Source: Octopus bimaculoides
Lineage: Eukaryota
Assembly: GCF_001194135.2 (NCBI RefSeq)
Contig: NC_068995.1
Coordinates: forward strand, 15,786,220 to 15,842,535
Direction of reading: 5' to 3'
Length of the DNA: 56,316 nucleotides
The notes below the pieces were generated by a model. It saw only the letters and a program-made list of their open reading frames with translations, made no database searches and was not told the origin of the DNA. The position numbers were made by a program, and so were the translations under genes. Positions 50,581 through 56,316 of this stretch are shown in pieces. The number at the start of each line of letters is the position of its first letter. Position 1 is the stretch's first letter.

Positions 50581-50659
50581 CTAAAAATATTTCCAACATA
50601 CGGCTCGTTTTAATAAACAAGCGAGTATCTATGCAGTTCATTGGTCGATATTATAATAG

Positions 50660-50794
50660 TAGTGAAACCTCTCGTAATAACCCCCTGTCCTCTTAAGAGA
50701 GGATGGTTACCTCTCCTAATAACACCCTGCCATCTTAAGAGAAGACGGTCACTTCTCATAATAATACCCTGCCTTCTTAAGAGAGGATGGTCAC
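50660..50794 (+). repeat. Three 42-bp tandem units, likely subterminal repeats of a TA-targeting MITE end
   Basis: Units 50669-50710, 50711-50752, 50753-50794 (ctctc.taataa..ccctg.c.tcttaagaga.ga.ggt.ac), preceded by TIR-like agtgaaacctctc. Confidence 0.75.
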
Positions 50795-51234
50795 ATTGGA
50801 TATGATATAGTCCCAGATAAACTCTGCCCATCTCATCCTTTTCCAGGCTGATTTGCAAGTAATCTGAATTCTAGTAATTTTTAATAAAATAAATTGACAT
50901 ACTATTAATCAGGAAATAATATCGAATCAGGAAATAATATCAATTAATTGACATTTCTGTTTGACATATGAACATCACTCTTTCATGTTCCACAGTTTTG
51001 TAACAAACGGGTGCTGGCGACTGTGTTGTATATGGTTTACAAGATATATCAGCATATTGCGAAAGAGCGACGGAGAGTTGTGAAGTGTGATGCCACGACT
51101 TCAGAAATATATCAATATTGTTTGTGGCCAAAGTGCCGACAACTACGATTAATGTGGTAACTTCTACATGAAAGAAACCTCTACGTGGTCAAAAGAGATG
51201 CTAGAAATAGCTATAAAATCCCACCAACTCACAC

Positions 51235-51560
51235 CTAGTGCTATAGTATTTGAATTATTGTCCCAGTTTCTCTGCAGATAAGGTCAAGGTTACATCTGCC
51301 TGTCAGGATATCTGGACAATAATATCTGAAATTCCTTTGGTAATATCTCCGCTCGATCAAGACTAACTTGTTAGGCAACAACAGCGTGATTCTTCCATTG
51401 CCTAATCACTGGTTCTATAAACATATTGTTTATATCTGCGGTTGGTTGGAATTAATGAATCTTGGAATTACTCAACCCATTTTTTGGTTGGTTCCACATC
51501 AATAATTCTCCATCTAATTTTTCTAAAGCTGTTCAGTATTGGCTGAACTATTACTTCTCC
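51235..51560 (-). pseudogene. ITIH: Decayed ITIH-like exon (end of VIT domain)
   Basis: ILNSF...IDVEPTKKWVE*FQDSLIPTNRRYKQYVY(shift)EP...IIVQIS*QADVTL resembles TNxFxVSVNVEPxxKVxFxLxYQELLxRxxGxYxxxIYIxP...VxIxExxDIT; donor AG|GTGTGAG at 51234. Several stops and shifts; 5' boundary approximate. Confidence 0.55.
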
Positions 51561-52399
51561 AGAGTTTTTACTTTAGATCTGTTAATTGTAAGATTTACAG
51601 AAAAATTAATTAAAACATCACTAATTAATATAACATGTCAAGAAATGACTTCTATATTATACTATAATATTGATCGGCAGCAGATTTTTTGGTGTCTCGG
51701 TCATATTCAAATTATCTGCTAACTTCACACCAGTGAGTAGACAAACCGATATTTTTCTCTGACTTGGACAGCTACGACGTGCAAGCACACGCACAAGCAC
51801 CATCATGCATACACACACATTCACACACATTCACACACATTCACACACGCACGTAAGCACACACACACACATACATATACACATACACACACATACACAC
51901 ACACACACGCAGAAAAAAAGTCTTTCAGGTTTGCGGTCATGAATTCAGAAATGCCTCTTTTGACCTGTAGACTTTTTTAGGTGTGTTCCTAATATGCTTG
52001 ATGCTTCTTACTTATGTCACTCTGAATATCTATAGCGTAATCTAAGCAAACGTTTGTAGCCCCGACACTGGATTCTCGAGCATCACAACTTCGTTATAGT
52101 TTTATGACGCTATTCAGATAAAGGTTCAATTTCCCTTTAGGTCATGGAAATAGTTTATTACAGCTGATATTCCCTATCATACTATCATAGTTGATAATCC
52201 ATACGAATTAGAATATCATAGTTGATATTTCCAATTTCCGGTAACTGGGTTGGACTAACGGAGACGACACGGATCTGTTTTTTCTAACGATGCTAAACAG
52301 GAGACAATGATAATCTTTGTCAGTAGTATTTTATGCCACCTTAGGACATTCTCACAATTATCAAGGGGTTACTACCGCTTATGTATCCCTGGGTCAGCA

Positions 52400-52495
52400 A
52401 GTAGCAAGTTTAGTGCTACTAATTACTAGGCTTTCAAAGAATAAGTCCTGGGGTCGATTTATTGACTAAAACCCTTTAAAGTAGTGCTCCAGCAA
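52400..52495 (+). mobile_element. SINE family A 3' fragment
   Basis: tactaggctttcaaagaataagtcctggggtcgattt...gtgctccagca. Confidence 0.7.
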
Positions 52496-53067
52496 TTAAC
52501 AAGCTCACAAAAAAACTAGATAGGTGATATTAAGTCAGAGACCAAGTCGTAGTTTACGCGACGAAGATTTTAACTCCAAATGATAAATGTTTAAGTGAAA
52601 TTAACATTTTTCTTTGAACCTAGAATATAAAGAGGCGAGAGAAATACAAAGGATTTTGTCTCACTCGTCAGCGATCCTACCTGATCGCCGCCTTTAAAAT
52701 TGATGTCATGAACAAAAGGAAATATATTTATTATTTGTTAAACCTGAATTGTCGAGGTGCTTGGCTTTGTGGTTATGAATGTTGTACCCATGACGTAAGA
52801 TTACGGCTTCAATTCTTGGATCAAGCTGGTCGTAGTGATTCCTGAGCCCAATTTGTTGGTCCAATCCACGCAGCTGGCGATAATCAGCAATCCTGCTGAT
52901 TATCAAACTAGCTTCCCGAGGGCAAAGTTTAGACCACGCAGAATCTTGGAAAGCCAGCCTAATGAGCTAACGGCTCGGGTTGGGTGTTGGTCTTTTGTTT
53001 TAAACTTAAAGGTGGAGATCTTTTGATTTCGACCGATAAAACATAATTTCGTACAAAAGATACTTAG

Positions 53068-53178
53068 TTTTTGACAGCATGGTCAGCGATTTTACCTTTC
53101 TGTCTGGATGTTTCGTACACCTTTCTAGCTTGTTCCTTTTCTTTAACTCCATCCGGATATTCAGCACCATCGATCACC
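53068..53178 (-). pseudogene. ITIH: ITIH-like VIT exon (donor mutated)
   Basis: 91-bp intron, acceptor taaacAG (53180-53179), phase matches the previous exon (AT|G). Reads VIDGAEYPDGVKEKEQARKVYETSRQKGKIADHAVK, like ITIH TIDGxxYPGxVKEKExAKKxYExAxxxGxTAGxV. Ends AA|CTAAGT instead of GTAAGT. Confidence 0.85.
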
Positions 53179-53269
53179 CTGTTTATAAAGAAAGCAGAAA
53201 TATAATGTTATTATTCGATAATGTAATAGAAGATTATAGTTCGTTGTAACGTCAGTATAAAATACATAC

Positions 53270-53405
53270 ATTTTGAAACCGGATATAAACGCCGCTTCTG
53301 GTAAGTTGACATTAAAGGTGACTTCTTGAGAACAGTTGTTATTATTGGCAACGAAACTTGTAACTTGCGTGGTAGCGAAGAATATTCGGTCTCTGAGTTT
53401 ACACC
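53270..53405 (-). pseudogene. ITIH: ITIH-like VIT exon (frameshifted)
   Basis: Acceptor ttattatAG at 53407-53406; VNSETEY/(shift)/FATTQVTSFVANNNNCSQEVTFNVNLPEAAFISGFK-M; donor AT|GTATGT at 53269 (phase 2). Confidence 0.85.
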
Positions 53406-53764
53406 CTATAATAAATAGTAAATCATATCAATGCATTTGCAAGTCAGTTATAAAAGCAGTGCTCGATATCTTCCAGTCGTAATTATGCAAGTAGAGTTTG
53501 ATATCTTTCTATGTGGCCATGTTTGACGTGTTCTAATGTATGTTGTACACAATAGATATTGATTTCTGATTTGTGTCTTAAGATCTTGAGTTATTGGTTT
53601 TTCAATTTGATTCGATATGAGACCGAAATTTGGTAGGAAACAAGATGCAAGATCTATAATAACAGGGAATGAATTGTAATTAGTTGAATCGTTTCGCAAA
53701 ACCATTGCAGGAATTATTTTACACACAGTGCAGAGCAAAATCAAGGTATACCCAAGGCCAACTC

Positions 53765-53965
53765 GATCTCACAATATTCCTTTCATTTACAGTCAAAAGG
53801 CCTGAAATTTTGTGGGAGAGGGCCAACGATTCCATCTATACTTATTTTATCGACCCCGAAGCAGAGTCGACCTCGGGTGAATTTGAACCCACAAAGTAAA
53901 GTCGGACAAAATGTCGCTAAGCATTTTGTCCAGCGTGCTAATGATTCTGCCAGCTCACCACCTTT
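53765..53965 (-). mobile_element. SINE family B
   Basis: ggcctgaaatttt...ttttatcgacccc...tgctaatgattctgccagctcaccacc. Confidence 0.85.
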
Positions 53966-54054
53966 TGCTATCATACTAATAAAGTAACGAAGAATACATT
54001 TCATTCTTCTGTTTTGGTCATGCCAACCGTCTTAATTCTTTTCAAAATTATTCT

Positions 54055-54270
54055 TTGTAATTTTTAGCTCAAGGACAGCAATTGTAATGGGAGGAGGCTA
54101 GTTGATCACATAAATGGCAACATTTGATATGTACTTATTTTATCGACCTTTGAAAGAGTAAAAGACAAAGTTATCCTCAGTAGTATTTGAATACAGGACG
54201 TAAACAGCCACAACAAATATCGTTTAGCATTTTGTCGAACTTCCCAACAACTCTCCCTGCTCACCGTGTT
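54055..54270 (-). mobile_element. SINE family B, older tandem copy
   Basis: tacttattttatcgacc...aaagacaaagtt...tttgaatacaggacgtaa...gctcaccg. Confidence 0.65.
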
Positions 54271-55383
54271 AACCCCTTTCCTAAATCACAAAATATTTAG
54301 AAGTAATTCTTTATACATTTGGGGATGTATGAGGATATATTTTGAGGAGAATCATGTTTTATTAGATAGTACACAATAAATTGGTTCAACCTCAGTATTT
54401 TACTTGTATGGCTAGTTCCATATTATAGATGCAGAGTGTAGAGTTCAGTCAGAATTCCTGACTGAGAAATTTATTTTATTTATTTTGTCAATGCTTAAAA
54501 GCTCCAACATCCACTACGCTCCCAGTCGTCTTAAATAAACGGGATTGGGTTCTTGTTTATGACGCATCATCTCTTTGTACCATATAGTGTAGGAACTGCG
54601 CTCATTGGAAAGGGCATTTGTAATTTTTATATTATGTTCACTTCTAGGATCATGATCAGCAAACACTTCTAAATTTCGACAAGATATTCTTTTTGAAGTA
54701 TGTATAGAGACAAAATAATCTTACTCCTCGAATTTGGGTATTCGTTGGAGGTTCTCAAGTGTTTTAATAGATACAGTTTTCAAAGTGAATACCCTGAACA
54801 TTTATTAGATACGTTAATATAAGGTTTGGATTTTTAATGGATCTAAATATATTCAATGTGTTTACTTGAAAGACTGTTCTATTAAAACACATGAGAACTT
54901 CCAATGAATACATAAATTCGAGGAAAGATTTTTTTCTTCGTGTCCACATTTCAAAATATACATCCTGTAGGAATTTAAAAGTACACCATCGGAAACTTAG
55001 TAAACTATTAACATCTGATCTACGCCTGTTTCACATCGAATTATTGTAACTTTGTCTTTTTCCTTCTTGTTTTCTTCTTTAGAAGCGTCTCCTGTGTAAA
55101 TGTTTCAGGATGAATTTAAATTCAGAACATTTTCCCATTATGCACCATTTTGGGTATTTACACATCCAAACCCCGAATATTTCAATAACTACTGCTCCGA
55201 TTTACGCGAAACTTGTTTCATTACGTTCGTATTAACATTTCAGGGTAACATAATTCATAGTATTTTCCCATTATCTTCCAGTTTGGCTAGGTAAAATTGC
55301 AAGCAAGCAAGAATCAAACTGACTTTTAATGTATTATATATATATATATATAGGTATATGTATACGTATGATTATATATATAT

Positions 55384-55634
55384 NNNNNNNNNNNNNNNNN
55401 NNNNNNNNNNNNNNNNNNNNNNNNNNNNNNNNNNNNNNNNNNNNNNNNNNNNNNNNNNNNNNNNNNNNNNNNNNNNNNNNNNNNNNNNNNNNNNNNNNNN
55501 NNNNNNNNNNNNNNNNNNNNNNNNNNNNNNNNNNNNNNNNNNNNNNNNNNNNNNNNNNNNNNNNNNNNNNNNNNNNNNNNNNNNNNNNNNNNNNNNNNNN
55601 NNNNNNNNNNNNNNNNNNNNNNNNNNNNNNNNNN
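55384..55634. other. Assembly gap
   Basis: N-run. Confidence 1.
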
Positions 55635-55670
<36 letters not shown>

Positions 55671-56089
55671 CATGTATATATATACATATATATATGTATA
55701 TATTATACATATATATATACACACACAAACACACACGCACACATACATAAAAAGTGATTGTATTATACTCTTGCATGTAGTGTTAGCTGAACATCATAGG
55801 CATAAGTTTCAAACAGAGAGCAGGAACACGGTCTGTCTCGTCACGACATCTGTTCCTCTATACTGAATTTAGTTTCTGTTCAGAAACGTAAATATTCTAT
55901 ATTACAAATGAATGGAGTTAGTATCATTCATAAAATATTGACAAGTGTTGTCAGAAACCTTTCATCCGGTTTCTTTATTTTGATCGTTGTGTTGTTCAGA
56001 GTAGAGACAGCTGCTTTCGATTTAAGATCGTCGACGATTAAAGAAAAAATACCCAGAAATTTGAAATATGTGAAATTTGTGAAAAACTT

Positions 56090-56248
56090 CATCCATCCCT
56101 CCCTCCCTCCATCCATCCATCCATCCATCCATCCATCCATACATACATACACACATATACACACATACATACACACAACACACGCACATATATATAGACA
56201 AACATAATTATGTATATAGATATGTGTATGTATATATGCATGCATCTC

Positions 56249-56316
<68 letters not shown>
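56090..56316. repeat. (ATCC)n, (AC)n and (CT)n microsatellites
   Basis: Direct reading. Similar (TA)n, (CA)n, (GA)n, (TATG)n and (TATC)n tracts occur throughout, e.g. 1-150, 17250-17300, 20590-20930, 38270-38530. Confidence 0.95.

Larger units (their letters stand above)
46735..53405 (-). pseudogene. ITIH: ITIH-like (VIT + vWA family) multi-exon locus, probably disabled
   Basis: Collinear minus-strand segments translate to ITIH hallmarks: FATTQVTSFVANNNNCSQEVTFNVNLPEAAFISGFKM; VIDGAEYPDGVKEKEQARKVYETSRQKGK; AEITYVPSEIGILDGIFEIKYDIDRSEQFNGDIL; RYFSGSEAVIAEKL...LWAYLTIKQIL...NRAIELSLK. Lesions: apparent 1-nt deletion near 53375, CT instead of GT donor at 53067-53066, stops at 51470-51468 and 50566-50564. 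Family identity is strong; pseudogene status could partly reflect assembly error. Confidence 0.8.

Noticed and set aside
50669-50794. CRISPR-like array
   Set aside because: Contiguous units without spacers, eukaryotic context, no cas genes.
50610-50858. ORF with a 14-aa repeat (DHPLLRRQGIIMRS x3)
   Set aside because: Produced by the 42-bp repeats, which look like MITE subterminal repeats; lies in an ITIH intron position with no ITIH similarity and a non-ATG start.
53580-53760. ITIH signal-peptide exon (LILLCTVCKIIPAM)
   Set aside because: Only mildly hydrophobic, no ATG before it and no clear donor; cannot be supported.
2005-55776. Long ORFs of 130-350 aa in the track (e.g. 2005-2703, 10795-11962, 14772-15648, 30841-31814, 39621-40288, 55326-55776)
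   Set aside because: They run through N-gaps and (TA)n/(CA)n tracts; not coding.

Overview
AT-rich, repeat-saturated eukaryotic DNA from a draft assembly with 8 N-gaps, nearly all flanked by microsatellites. The SINE families and microsatellite load resemble an octopod cephalopod; this is my recognition, not a database match. The only host protein-coding homology I recognise is an inter-alpha-trypsin inhibitor heavy chain (ITIH)-like locus on the minus strand (about 53405 down to 46735, possibly to about 45960). Its VIT-domain exons and a post-vWA exon are recognisable, but it carries a frameshift, a mutated donor, in-frame stops and no intact MIDAS exon, so it is probably a pseudogene. The rest is tRNA-derived SINEs of at least 5 modular families, several MITEs, a DD37D (maT) Tc1/mariner relic, Penelope-like RT/GIY-YIG relics, an REL-type LINE tail and a Helitron-like 3' end. 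The most interesting non-coding signals are two minimal type I hammerhead-ribozyme folds (42268-42312, inside a 351-bp retrozyme-like unit, and 21655-21700) and a fold-back MITE flanked by a 36-bp direct duplication. All long ORFs in the supplied track are artefacts of N-runs or microsatellites.
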